From Eledone cirrhosa (lineage: Eukaryota), in assembly GCA_964016885.1 (NCBI GenBank), contig OZ024740.1, positions 59,396,001-59,460,000 of the forward strand: a stretch of 64,000 nt of DNA, in the 5' to 3' direction. This document shows positions 1-13,910 of the stretch, in pieces. The notes under the pieces are model-generated. The model did not search any database. It had not been told where the DNA came from and saw only the letters and a program-made list of their open reading frames with translations. Position 1 is the stretch's first letter; each line of letters starts with the position of its first letter. Made by a program: the position numbers and the translations under genes.

Positions 1-3000
1 TCAGGGTTGCAGGTGTTATATCAGAGTTTTCCTTCTCTTAGAATTCTGCCTTGACAAAGGCTAAGGGGTCATCTCTCCCGGTGATTTTGGATAGCCATTG
101 ACTCTTAAGAGCTCCTTTGCCCTTTGACAGGTTTTGTTTTTAGTCCTGCAGGATGTCCAAAGTCACCCTCCTCACCAAAAAACCTTGGTGGGGTTGCCAG
201 TTTAGTCGCCAACGACCTGACCATGAGACAGGTTGTACTGGGATACATGTTACATATATACATGGTGGCTGCCAACTCGTTTTCGAGTATGGCCACTACT
301 TTATATCCATGTAGGAGAACCCCTACCGATACGCTGAACGAGTGTGACTTTTTAGTCCAACCAGCGACTTGAAAACTCTGGTACAAACACTACACTTGTG
401 ACAATTATTGACACATAGTGGTGGGCCCATGGTACCATGTGACGACAAGTGCAGAGAGATCTGCAGATATAAAGCAATGCCTGTGCCGTGAAGCTTTTAT
501 AGTGAGCAAAGGCACTGCACAAAGCCAGTCCCACTCTCTTAACCAAGATGATATTTACCAAAAAGAAGAACATGTCAACATCATTGGATACCATCAGAGT
601 TGCAGGTGTTATATCAGAGATTTCCTTCTCCTAGAATTCTGCCTTGACAAAGGCTAAGGGGTCATCTCTCCTGGTGATTTTGCATGGCTATTGACTCTTT
701 AAGAGCTCCTTTGCCCTTTGACAGGTTTTGTTTTTAGTCCTGCAGGATGTCCAAAGTCACCCTCCTCACCAAGAAACCTTGGTGGGGCTGCTAGTTTAGT
801 CGCCAACGACATACATATATACATATATATATATATACATACATATATATACATATACATACATATATATATATACATACATATATATATATATATACAT
901 ACATACATATACATACATACATACATATATATACATACATATATTTATACATACATATATATATATACATACATATATATATATATATACATGGTGGCTG
1001 CCAACTCGTTTTCGAGTATCGCCACTACTTTATATCCATGTAGGAGAACTCCTACCGATGCGCTAAACGAGTGTGACTTTTTAGTCCAACCAGCGACTTG
1101 AAAACTCTGGTACAAACATTACACTTGTGACAATTATTGACACATAGTGCTGGGCCCATGGTACCATGTGACGACAAGTGCAGAGAGATCTCCAGACATA
1201 AAGCAATGCCTGTGCCGTGAAGCTTTTATAGTGAGCAAAAGCATTGCACAAAGCCAGTCCCACTCTCTTAACCAAGATGATATTTACCAAAAAGAAGAAC
1301 AAGTCAACATCATTGGATACCATCAGAGTTGCAGGTGTTATATGAGAGTTTTCCTTCTCCTAGAATTCTGCCTTGACAAAGGCTAAGGAGTCATCTCTCC
1401 CGGTGATTTTGGATGGCCATTGACTCTTAAGAGATCCTTTGCCCCTTGACAGGTTTTGATTTTAGTCCTGCAGGATGTCCAAAGTCACCCTCCTCACCAA
1501 GAAACCTTGGTGGGGTTGGCAGTTTAGTCGCCAACGACCCAACCATGAGACAGGTTGTACTGGGATACATGTTACCAGTAACACTAACTGGTGACCTGAC
1601 ATACATACATAAATATATACATACATACATACATAAATAAATAAATACTTACATATATACATACATACATACATATATATATACATATATATATACATAT
1701 ACATACATACATACATATATGGTGGCTGCCAACTTGTTTTCGAGTACGGCCACTACTTTATATCCATGTAGGAGAACCCCTACCGATGCGCTGAACGAGT
1801 GTGACTTTTTAGTCCAGCCAGCGACTTGAAAACTCTGGTACAAACACTACACTTGTGACAATTATTGACACATAGTGCTGGGCTCATGGTATCATCTGAC
1901 GACAAGTGCAGAGAGATCTCCAGATACAAAGCAATGCCTGTGCCGTGAAGCTTTTATAGTGAGCAAAGGCACTGCACAAAGCCAGTCCCACTCTCTTAAC
2001 CAAGATGATATTTACCAAAAAGAAGAACAAGTCAACATCATTAGATACCATCAGGGTTGCAGGTGTTACATCAGAGTTTTCCTTCTCCTAGAATTCTGCC
2101 TTGACAAAGGCTAAGGGGTCATCTCTCCCGGTGATTTTGCATGGCTATTGACTCTTTAAGAGCTCCTTTGCCCTTTGACAGGTTTTGTTTTTAGTCCTGC
2201 AGGATGTCCAAAGTCACCCTCCTCACCAAGAAACCTTGGTGGGGTTGCTAGTTTAGTCGCCAACGACATACATATATGCATATATATATATATACATACA
2301 TATATATACATATACATACATATATATATATACATACATATATATATATATACATACATACATACATATACATACATACATACATATATATACATACATA
2401 TATTTATACATACATATATATATATACATACATATATATATATATATACATGGTGGCTGCCAACTCGTTTTCGAGTATCGCCACTACTTTATATCCATGT
2501 AGGAGAACTCCTACCGATGCGCTAAACGAGTGTGACTTTTTAGTCCAACCAGCGACTTGAAAACTCTGGTACAAACATTACACTTGTGACAATTATTGAC
2601 ACATAGTGCTGGGCCCATGGTACCATGTGACGACAAGTGCAGAGAGATCTCCAGACATAAAGCAATGCCTGTGCCGTGAAGCTTTTATAGTGAGCAAAAG
2701 CATTGCACAAAGCCAGTCCCACTCTCTTAACCAAGATGATATTTACCAAAAAGAAGAACAAGTCAACATCATTAGATACCATCAGAGTTGCAGGTGTTAC
2801 ATCAGAGTTTTCCTTCTCCTAGAATTCTGCCTTGACAAAGGCTAAGGAGTCATCTCTCCCGGTGATTTTGGATGGCCATTGACTCTTAAGAGCCCCTTTG
2901 CCCTTTGACAGGTTTTGTTTTTAGTCCTGCAGGATGTCCAGTCACCCTCCTCACCAAGAAACCTTGGTGGGGTTGGCAGTTTAGTCGCCAACGACCCGAC

Positions 3001-3057
3001 CATGAGACAGGTTGTACTGGGATACATGTTACCAGTAGCACCAACTGGTGACCTGAC
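1..3057 (-). mobile_element. Tandem array of a ~550-610 bp non-autonomous RTE-derived (bipartite 5'+3') retroelement; units separated by (TATG)n/(TA)n tails
   Basis: Units at about 1-253 (partial), 263-810, 991-1598, 1719-2267 and 2449-3057. On the minus strand the 3' part encodes a C2H2 remnant ([19 protein letters not shown]) typical of RTE ORF C-termini. The 5' part has RTE-5'UTR-like CTAGGAGAAGGAAAACTCTG. No RT is present. Confidence 0.7.
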
Positions 3058-3210
3058 ATACATATATATACACATACATACATACATATATATACATACA
3101 TACAAACACACATATATATATATATATAAATACATATATATATATATATACATACATACACATATATATATATATATACATACATACACACATATATATA
3201 GATATACATA

Positions 3211-4003
3211 TGGAGGTGGGTGTTCAGAAAGTACAATAACTAGGGTAAGAACGAGATGGAAGAAGTTCAGGGAGCTACTGCCACTGTTAGCTGCAAAAGG
3301 CTTTTCCCTCAAAATGAAAGGCAGACTGTATGATGTGTGCATACGAACAGCAATGTTACATGGTAGTGAGACCTGGGCGCTGTCTGTGGATGACTTGTGT
3401 AGATTAGAAAGAAACGAAGCCTGCATGCTCCGATGGATGTGTAATAGTAATATACGCGAACGGCAAAGCATAAATGAATTGAGAGAGAGATTGAGCATAA
3501 GAGGAATCAAATGCTGTGTGTAAGAGAGGCGGTTGCGTTGGTATGGACATGTGATGTGTATGAAGGATGACAGCTGCATAAAAAGGAGTTGATGGAAACC
3601 GCAGAGTGGGGAGACCCAAGAAGATCTGGGATGAGGTGATAAAAGCTGAACTTACCCAATTACACCTCTCAAAGGCGATGACACACGACCATGACCTCTG
3701 GCGTCACGCAGTAATACAGAATACCCGACCCCCACGGGTACAAGCCGAAGCTGAAGCATATAGACCCCCCCCCCCCACTGTAATATGGACGTGTAGGCGC
3801 CACAGAAAAAAAGCAACCAGCACACTCACTGTAAATGTGGTTGGTGTTAGGAAGTCATCCAGCTGTAGAAATCAAGCCAGAATCAGTTCCCGTAAGAATA
3901 AGGCATGGTCAGCCGACCGGACATTGCCCACAACGGGACAACCTGTCCAACCCATGCTAGCGTAGAAGAACGGATGTAAAACGGTGATGATGATGATGAT
4001 GAT
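3211..4003 (+). mobile_element. RTE-clade LINE 3' fragment with (GAT)n tail
   Basis: [24 protein letters not shown]...AMLHGSETW matches the C-terminus of the RT ORF at 27.4-29.6 kb. It contains stops and ends in GATGAT repeats. Confidence 0.85.
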
Positions 4004-4261
4004 GATATATATATATATAGAAGGTTGGGTAAAATTCCAAAGATCCATGGACGAGTTCTCTCCAGCAGTCTCTGTCATTCATCTTCACCACCATGTCCTG
4101 CATTTCCCAGAGACCAGTGTCTGTCCTTAGGCCATCAATATATGTCATCCTTGGTCTCCCTCTTTTAGTGTGTCAACTCTGAATATTGGTGAGCATGTAC
4201 AGCTAACCTCCGTCTCCTCTGTGTCACTTTCGAGCTGACTTTTGGGAGGCTCCATATATAT

Positions 4262-6460
4262 ATGGGACGGGTCTTATTCAGCACAGCATCTCTCCACTCG
4301 TCACGGTCCCTCGTCATCTCCACCGTGAGCTTCAATGATCTGAGGTCTGTTCTCACCACCTCCGCCCATGTTTTTCGTGGTCTACCTCTACCACGTCTTC
4401 CTTCAACTGGCATTTCCCGGCACCTCTTCACCCATCGGTCATCCTCCATGCGCATCACATGTCCATACCACCTCAGTCTCCTCTCCTGTACACTCTATCC
4501 CTCTCAGACACAGTTTCTCTCTCAACACATTTATGCTGGGTCATTCACGCACATTTACACTGCACATCCAACGGAGCATGCTTGCCTCATTTCTCTCCAG
4601 CCGTCGCATATCCTCTGCGGTTGCTGCCCATGTCTCACTACCATGCAGCATCGCGCTCCTCACACAGGCATCATACAACCGGCCTTTCGTACGCAGGGAG
4701 AAACCCTTCTTCGTCAACAGAGGAAGCAACTTCTTCCAACCCGTCCTTATTCTAGATACTATGGCCTCGGAACACCCTCCTCCCATGCTAATCTGATCTC
4801 CTAGGTACCGGAAGCTATCCACCACTTCTATAGCGCCCTCTCGCATTTGAAAAATGTGTCTATCAGTGCGACTTCTACTGTCTAATTTCCCTGTACATCT
4901 ACTGCATACATATTTCTCCCTACCTGTTAGTTTGCCTGCTATCCCGCTACATCTCTTGTGTACCCAGGACCTGCATTGTGTGCATTTTATAGAATTTATG
5001 CCAGTTCCTTTTCTGCATATCGAACATGGCCATTTCCCTGATGGAATCAGGGTTTTGTCCTCTTTTCTACTCATCAACACTTTTGTCTTAGCTTATCATC
5101 ATCATCATTTTTGTCCGCTTTTCCCTGCTTGCAAGGGTGGGATGGGTCCTATTCAGCACAGCATCTCTCCACTTGTCACGGTCCTTCGTCATCTCCTCCG
5201 TGAGTTTCAGCGATCTGAGGTCTGCTCTCACCACCTCCACCCATGTTTTTCATGGTCTTCCTCTCTGCGTCTTCCTTCTACTGGGATTTCTTGGCACTTC
5301 TTTACTCAGCGGTCATCCTCCATGCGCATCACATATTCTTGTCTAAGAACCTCTCTTGTAGTTGTCTCACTAAGAAGAGGGCATCTGTTGTACTTTTCCA
5401 AGGCACAAAACCATGCTGCATCTCAGTCTTCTCTCCTGCACACCACAACTTATCCCTCTTATGCCCAGTTTCTTTCTAAATTCGTCTATGCTTAGTCGTT
5501 CATGCACATTGGCATTGCACATGCATGCTTGCTTCATTTCTCTCCAGCCATCGCATATCCTCTGCAGTTGCTGCCCATGTCTCACTACTTTGCAGCATCG
5601 CGAATCTCACACAGGCATCATATAACTGGCCTTTCATACGCAGGGAGGAACCCATCTTTGTCAACAGAGGAAGTAGCTCCCTAAACTTCTTCCAGCCCGT
5701 CCTTATTCTAGATACTATGGCCTCGGAACACCCCCTTCCCATGCTAATCTGATCACCTAGGTACCAGAAGCTATAAACCACTTCTATAGAACCTACCTGC
5801 ATTGGAAAAATGTGTCTATCACTGCGATTACTACTGCCAACTTTCCCTGTACATCTACTGCATACGTAGTTTTCCCTACCTGTTAGTTTGCCTGCTATCC
5901 TACTACATCTCTTGTGTACCCAAGATCTGCATTGCATACATTTTATGGAATTTATACCAGTTCCTTTTCTACATATTGAACATGGCCATTTCCCTGATGG
6001 AATCAGAGTATTGTCCTCTCGTCTACTCATCAACACTTTTGTCCTAGCTATGTTCACTCTCAGTCCTCTTGATTCCAACTGCTGTTTCCATAGCCAGAAT
6101 TTATTCTCTAGCTCCTCTACTGATTCTGCTACTCCTAGTTTCCTTAGGGACCACCAGATGACAGATGGGTGTACCCTATCAAAGGCCTTCTCTAGGTCAA
6201 CAAAAGCTAAGTATAGTGGCTTATTCTTGTCTAAGAACCTCTCTTGTAGTTGTCTCACTAAGAAGAGAGCATCTGTTGTACTTTTCCAAGGCACAAAACC
6301 ATGCTGCATCTCATCTAATTTGACCCTCTCTTTAATCAGTTGTGCTAATATTCTCTCTGCCACTTTCATAACCTGATCCATCAGCTTATTGCCTCTATAG
6401 TTGCTCCTCTCCAGAGCATCCCCTTTACCATTGTAGCAATTTATGAGAATATTGCTGGAC
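4262..6460 (-). mobile_element. Two adjacent decayed RTE LINE fragments (about 4262-5093 and 5095-6460)
   Basis: ORFs 4541-5080 and 5500-6381 show RT motifs (LYLAFVDLEKAFDRV) and the Cys-rich GKWPCSIC domain. They are nearly identical to the element at 50.4-53.7 kb. Confidence 0.9.
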
Positions 6461-7797
6461 CATATTTAGGATATGCTACTAAACAGTATTTCTATCAATT
6501 TCACATTTCCCACACTATTTATGAACAAAATATAACATTCTTTAAACCTTTTATCTAAAAACCATCCCTCTAATTCACTTTAAGAACCTGTGTTAAGCTA
6601 TGCTCCAAACATTTGCTTAATAATGCGAAATTAAGTTATAATACTGAATGCCTCCAAATTCTTGATTATCTTGAAAGATTATTTGAAAAGTTTAGGCCTT
6701 TTTAAAATGAGAAACATATTAATGAAAGTGTAAAACTGGTAGTATTTATTAAAATAAAATAAAAAATAGATACTGAATGGTACCTTATTTTATTACTCTT
6801 AACACACCAGCAGACTTGTTAAAAGTAATAAAGTCATCAGTAAGGTTTTACAATATCAGTAAACAACTACTACATCTGGAAGAAATGTGCTGAAAGGTTG
6901 ATAGCCTTTCAGAAATTGATAAAATTGAAACCTGTAAAGAAATCAGGGACGTTAAAGGGTTTCAATGTCTTGTTGGTCACAATGACATCATTAATTCCCA
7001 AGAGCCAATAATTTGCCTTCATTTGACATGACAGCAAGTAAAGCCATTAAAATACAATTCTGATTAGATACAATGTATTAACAAATATGATTATTGCTTA
7101 TTGAGCAAAATGACTATGATAAAAAAGAATCTAATAAAATCTGAAGACAAAAAGTATCTTAGACATTTCTCTTATACAATGGAATAACTATATCTTAGAT
7201 TTTTAACCTTTTCTTCTTGATAATTATAGACATTGCCTTCAAAGGAAGTAATTAATCCTCTTGATTGTTTCTTATCATACTCCCAAACTAACTGGAAGCA
7301 TAATTGGTTTCTTATATAAGGACATAAGTACAGACAGGGTCATGTGGTTCTTGTTTCAATCTGACTGGACAAGTGGCTTTGTGTCTTCTCCAACACCTTC
7401 AGATTAACCAATACATTATAAATGGAATTTGGTAGATAAAACCAGTGTGGAAGTCATGTATCATCATCATTGCTTAAAGTCTATCTTCCACGCTAGCATG
7501 GGTTAGACGCGTTTGTCCCATTTAGAGGCAAATTGGGTCGGGTGACCATGTCTCGCTCATATAGGACTGTTTCTGGTTGGTTTTCTATGGCTGGATGCCG
7601 TTCCTAACGCCAACCACATTTACAGTGTGTGCTGGATGCTTTTTGTAGTGACACCTATATGACCACTTTACAGTGTGTGGACGATATTTGTTCACAATTT
7701 TCAACTGCTAATTTTATGCAAATTTTTTTTACTTCCGTTGTTACTCTTGTCTTCATAAAAACAGTGACTATATTTCCATTATTTATTTTCAGAATAA

Positions 7798-8790
7798 TTG
7801 ATTATGAATAATTTTGAACCTCCAATTTTGTGGAAGAGACACGGAGTTCTTCTTGGAATGCGCACCGGGAAGACAAATAAGGAAATTTCAGACTTTCTCA
7901 GCGTCAGCAGGAGAATGGTGGAAAAGGTCAGAAAGGAATTGGAAGATTCAGGATTCGACTACGAAGCAACATTAGAGAGGAAAACACATGATCGACTATC
8001 TGACGCCTTCAGAATGCCCGAGTTAGTCGCTGAAGTTCAGGATATCATCAACAATGAACCTAGCAAGTCGATGCGTGCCATTGCAAGGGAGAAATGCGTG
8101 GATGAAAAGCTCATTAGGCTGGTGGTACATGAAGACATTCGCTACGTTTCATACAAGACGAGGAAAAGACAATTTCTGTCGAAGGCGATGCAAGAAAAGC
8201 GACTGAAGCATGCAAAAAAGCTGATCAACAAGTTGAAACACCCACTGGAGCCAGACATGCTGTGGTTTTTCTCCGACGAGAAAAACTTCTGCCAAGACCA
8301 GGAGATCAACTCCCAGAACAACAGGTGGCTCTCTGTCTCATCCAAAGACATGCCCAGAGTCATGCAGACAAAGTTTCCAGCGACAACATTGGTCTTAGGT
8401 GTCGTCAGCAGTCAAGGTGACGTCATGCCACCTCACTTCTTCCCTGAGGGCCTCAAGCTGAACACCGATGGCTACATCCACGTTCTGAGCGAGGTAGTAA
8501 AGCCCTGGATCTACCAGGTAGTTGTAGGTAGGCCGTACGTGTGGAAGCAAGACTCAGCGCCCTGTCGTACCAGCCGAAAGCCTGGCTGTCAGAGAACTTC
8601 ACCTGACATCTGGCCTCCCAGCTCACCTGACTGCAACCTCCTCGACTTCTTTGTGTGGGGAGACACCAACAGATCTAGCTGCAATACGAAAGACGATCTG
8701 AAGGCCAGGATCACAAGCGCCTTGAGGCCGTCATCAAAGCCAATGGCGGGTTTATCGAGTGAGATCGAAAGAACAAGTCATGAAGACAAA
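7798..8790 (+). pseudogene. Decayed Tc1/mariner-superfamily transposase (DD..D type, maT-like)
   Basis: N-terminal HTH-like region followed by WFFSDEKNF, WKQDSAP and WPPSSPDCNLLDFFVWG motifs. There are internal deletions, and the ORF runs into an unrelated repeat at about 8810. TIRs were not found. Confidence 0.85.
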
Positions 8791-9243
8791 CTGACCCAAG
8801 ACCATTACTCACCAGGGTACTCGATACTTGGGGTAGTAGAGTATGGTTGTATTATAAAGAGTCAGGACCCTAATGGCTGAGCTCTTGCTGTTTCAACAGC
8901 CAGTTCCAGATGTTAACAAAGAAGGAGCACATACCATTACCATAGTAATACATTATATATATATATAATTCATTACTACAGTATTGTTATGTGCTCCTTC
9001 TTTGATTAACTAGCTGTTTACATACCAGTCTCTCACTCTCACACTTTCTCTCTCCTCTTTTTTGAAAAAAAGTTCTATCTATATTTCCCTCCTTCCAATG
9101 TTACCATTTGCACAGCTTGTTTGTATCTGATGCTGTTCTAATTGAAAGCCAATAACTTGTCCCCTGTCTCTTTGCTGTTACATTGTCTCTGATGTATCTT
9201 TCCAGCAGCTATTGTGCAACCTGGACTCAATAGCATGCAATAT

Positions 9244-9330
<87 letters not shown>

Positions 9331-9334
<4 letters not shown>

Positions 9335-10212
9335 ATAATAAAATGTGGAGAAGGAACACACAAGTTGGAATATATATATAGGGAGAAAAAAAAACGATTA
9401 TTAGGAAGAAAAATATTTTCTTTCCGTTATTTTTTTATTTTTTCTGGGTTAGAAAATATTTAAAACAAATTATTTTACTTTGTGTGAAGTGTCAAAGTAT
9501 TAATTAATTTATTTATTAATTAACAATAGCATTTATTTATTTATTTACTTATTTATTTAATAATTATCAATTACCGGTTTCAGCATTTTATTCATTTTCA
9601 AATTATGTGAGTGGGAGAGAAAAAAAGGAATTTGTGTTTGTACAAAATGTAGAAGAGAAAATAAGGTGATGTTAAACATGTTAAGGAAATGGTTAAGAAA
9701 GAATATTATTTACAAACATGGTTTTTGAAGTCAAGCAGTTCAAACATTGTTTTTATGGCAAGATCGCTTGAAGATGTTCATTCTTGGAGAAGGCAAATGG
9801 CCGCCTGGGACTGGATGTGTTTTCCCTTTTTAGAGAATTAATATGCAGGGGGGGGGGGGGGTAATTCAGGGTGGTAGAGTAGGAGAAATAATATTATTCT
9901 TTCTTTCCCATTTCCTTAACATGTTTAACATTACATTATTTTCTCTTCTACATTTTGTACAAACACAAATTCCTTTTTTTCTCTCCCACTCACATAATTT
10001 GAAAATGCATAAAATGCTGAAACCGGTAATTGAAAATTATTAAATAAATAAATTAATAAATAAATAAATCAATGGTATTGTTAATTAATAAAATAAATAA
10101 ATTAATACTTTGACATTTCACACAAAGTAAAATAATTTGTCTAACCCAGAAAAAATAAAAAATAACGGGAAAATTTTTTTTTCTTCCTAATAATCGTTTT
10201 TTCTCTCCCTAT
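9331..10212 (-). mobile_element. ORF-less foldback PLE-type element with hammerhead-like motif
   Basis: Inverted arms at about 9377-9711 and 9887-10212, flanked by (TA)n. Each arm carries TTGAAAA-stem-GAAA-CCGG-TA (9568-9605 minus; 9995-10032 plus). Confidence 0.65.
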
Positions 10213-10452
10213 ATATATATATATATATATATATACATACACATGTGTGTGTGTGTGTGTATATATAAAAAATATTTTTCTTCCTAATAATCATTTTTTC
10301 TCCCTATATATATATATATATATATACACATGTGTGTGTGTGTATATATATATATATATACACACACACATGTGTATGTATATATATATATATACATACA
10401 CACGTGTGTGTGTGTATATATATATATATATACACACACACACATGTGTATG

Positions 10453-10483
<31 letters not shown>

Positions 10484-10619
10484 GGAGAAAAAAAACGATT
10501 ATTAGGAAGAAAAATATTTTTTTCCCGTTATTTTTTCTTTTTTCTGGGTTAGACAAATTATTTTACTGTGTGTATATATACACACACACACGCGCGTATA
10601 TATATATATATATATATAA

Positions 10620-11817
10620 TTTAATACAATAATAGAGATAGTTTAAAGCTAAACTCTGACTGGTAATCATCTCACTCAACAAACATTAGGTTATATTAAA
10701 ATATAAACCCAATTTAAGTGTTTGGGGTGCTAACAATATGTATAATGTGGAAAAACCAGTTGTATTATTTTATGAGATATAATTAAAGTTAAAGTATATC
10801 TCTCTTTCCAAACAATTGTTTCATTATAAGTTTTCTACAAGTTGGCAGAATGTTTCAGTTTATGTAGAAGCCTAATATATATTCATGTAAGAATATATTT
10901 AGGTGGGCACTTATAAATCATCAGTGGAAGCCCGTTAAACATTGATATAAGAAAACAATTTCTTACCGCTGTCAAAAAACATGTCCGTAAAGTTGCTCTC
11001 TCTCACCTCGAATGACCGCCAAATTTGAAATTCCAGCAGTTTTTGACTGAGAAAGTATCATAGCGACACGAAGCGGGAAGGGGAGACAACCCACGATCCA
11101 CGAAAGGAGGAAAAAAAAATAATATACACGCGGGTTAATTAGTTTTTTTGAAAACATTATCAATCCAACGTGTTTAAGAACTCAATTGAAAATAAAAAAA
11201 TAAATATATGCTTGTATAAATTACACACGCATATAGATATTTTCTTAAGCTAAATCAGAAGTTGTACCCGAATAAGAACCGCTTCTCATAACCGCAGTAA
11301 ATGCAGAAAGTTATGTTATAAAGGGCAAATGGGAATATAATTCTCCGGCCGAATTATTAAGAGTAAAATATAAAACACACGCGGGTTAATTAGTTATTTC
11401 AAAACCAATATTAATTCCTCGTGTAAAGAACTCAATTAATAAAAGAAAATAAATACATATATGCATGTAATTATATACGTAGGCATATATATAACAGAGA
11501 AGTTACAACCAAAAAAAGCCACAATATTTCACAACAGTAATAAATACGGAAAGTCAAATTCATAAGGTACCTGGAAATAAACACCTCTGGCCAATCAAGA
11601 GTAAATATTTAATACAATAACAGAGATAGTTTAAAGCTAAACTCTGACTGGTAACCATCTCACTCAACAAACATTAGGTTATATTAAAATATAAACCCAA
11701 TTTAAGTGTTTGGGGTGCTAACAATATGTATAATGTGGAAAAACCAGTTGTATTATTTTATGAGATATAATTAAAGTTAAAGTATATCTCTCTTTCCAAA
11801 CAATTGTTTCATTATAA

Positions 11818-11821
<4 letters not shown>
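10620..11821 (-). mobile_element. ORF-less element with ~213-bp direct terminal repeats (PLE pseudo-LTR-like)
   Basis: 10620-10833 is almost identical to 11609-11821, and the element is (TA)n-flanked. Minus-strand GAAACAATTGTT lies at the repeat edge. Confidence 0.55.
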
Positions 11822-11855
<34 letters not shown>

Positions 11856-11862
<7 letters not shown>

Positions 11863-12939
11863 AATTAGTATATCTAGTAACATATATATACACACAGATG
11901 CATACTTATGCTAGCAAATATATAGGTTTTGTCTTAGTAACTTTGTGGTTCAATGCATGAGGTTGCAGAACAATAATATGAGAGACGTAAAATAAGAAAA
12001 TTATAAAATTAACTTACTTACTAAAATTTCACTCCCAACTAATTAGTTTCTGAAAGGGAATAAACATACTTTCCGAAGAAGTGTACAGAGAAGCCTTTCG
12101 TCATCAGGGAAGTCTATTCTCATCTAAGTTTCCAGGCAATACGTGGACACTGGGAACTTATACAAAAATAATTCAGTGGATGGAAAAAAGCAAAACGTGA
12201 ACTGAATTCCTAGCCATTGAGAAAATCACTGCCTACTGCGTCGGTGGCAAATTCAAAAGAATCAATCACGTGACATCGAGGTCAATCAGTGGAAAGTGGT
12301 TTGTTAAGAAGACAGCAGCCTGACTGTTACCATAGCAGCAGCCTTGGCCAATTTTGCTCGACAAATAATTTGGAGATAATTATAAAGAATTAGTATATCT
12401 AGTAACATATATATACACACAGATGCATACTTATGCTAGCAAATATATAGGTTTTGTCTTAGTAACTTTGTGGTTCAATGCATGAGGTTCCAGAACAATA
12501 ATATGAGAGACGTAAAATAAGAAAATTATAAAATTAACTTACTTACTAAAATTTCACTCCCAACTAATTAGTTTCTGAAAGGGAATAAACATACTTTCCA
12601 AAAATAATTCAGTGGATGGAAAAAAGCACTTTCCACTGATTGACCTCGATGTCACGTGATTGATTCTTTTGAATTTGCCACCGACGCAGTAGGCAGTGAT
12701 TTTCTCAATGGCTAGGAATTCAGTCCACGCTTTGCTTTTTTCCATCCACTGAATTATTTTTGTATAAGTTCCCAGTGTCCACGTATTGCCTGGAAACTTA
12801 GCTGAGAATAGACTTCACTGATGACGAAAGGCTTCTCTGTACACTTCTTCGGAAAGTATGTTTATTCCCTTTCAGAAACTAATTAGTTGGGAGTGAAATT
12901 TTAGTAAGTAAGTTAATTTTATAATTTTCTTATTTTACG

Positions 12940-12948
<9 letters not shown>
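11856..12948 (-). mobile_element. ORF-less PLE-type element: tandem 525-bp unit plus inverted arm, with hammerhead
   Basis: Unit 11856-12380 is partially repeated at 12381-12626. Segment 12627-12948 is the reverse complement of 11977-12298. (TA)n lies on both sides. Confidence 0.75.
12031..12113 (-). ncRNA. Type I hammerhead ribozyme (canonical core, extended helix II)
   Basis: ACTTCC-CTGATGA-cGAAAGG...CCTTTCa-GAAA-CTAATTAG-TT-GGGAGT. All three helices pair. An inverted copy lies at 12812-12894 (+). Confidence 0.75.
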
Positions 12949-13032
<84 letters not shown>

Positions 13033-13054
13033 TGGTTACACAACAGTTAGTTCA

Positions 13055-13104
13055 CCATACCGAGAACAACTGTTTCACCTTAACGGATCCTCAGGTCGTA
13101 ATGG
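13055..13104 (-). ncRNA. Minimal hammerhead-like motif in an ~80-bp insert between (TA)n tracts
   Basis: CCATTACGAC-CTGAGGA-TCCGTTAAGGT-GAAA-CAGTTG-TT-CTCGGTATGG. Confidence 0.55.
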
Positions 13105-13109
13105 ACTCG

Positions 13110-13683
<574 letters not shown>

Positions 13684-13741
13684 AAGGGAACAAGATGAAA
13701 TCGAAAATGCAACTGGAGTCTTTTTAAAAATATTTATTTGG

Positions 13742-13785
13742 TTCCTTTACCGGTTTCGCAGTTCTTGTGCTATTCAAAAGTAGAA
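13742..13785 (-). ncRNA. Minimal hammerhead-like motif, variant core
   Basis: TTCTACTT-TTGAATA-GCA(CAAGAAC)TGC-GAAA-CCGG-TA-AAGGAA, followed by AATAAA. Confidence 0.5.
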
Positions 13786-13832
13786 TTGAGATGTAGGACA
13801 TCTCGTTTTTTTTTCATTTTGTAAAAAACCTC

Positions 13833-13908
<76 letters not shown>

Positions 13909-13910
<2 letters not shown>

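Noticed and set aside
1-3057. Repeat-spacer pattern resembling a CRISPR array or tandem gene cluster
   Set aside because: Repeats are ~600 bp, spacers are microsatellites, there are no cas genes, and the unit is RTE-derived.
2941-3057. Definite HDV-like ribozyme call
   Set aside because: A CTAA junction and P4-like hairpin are present, but a full P1/P1.1/P2/P3 arrangement could not be assembled by eye.
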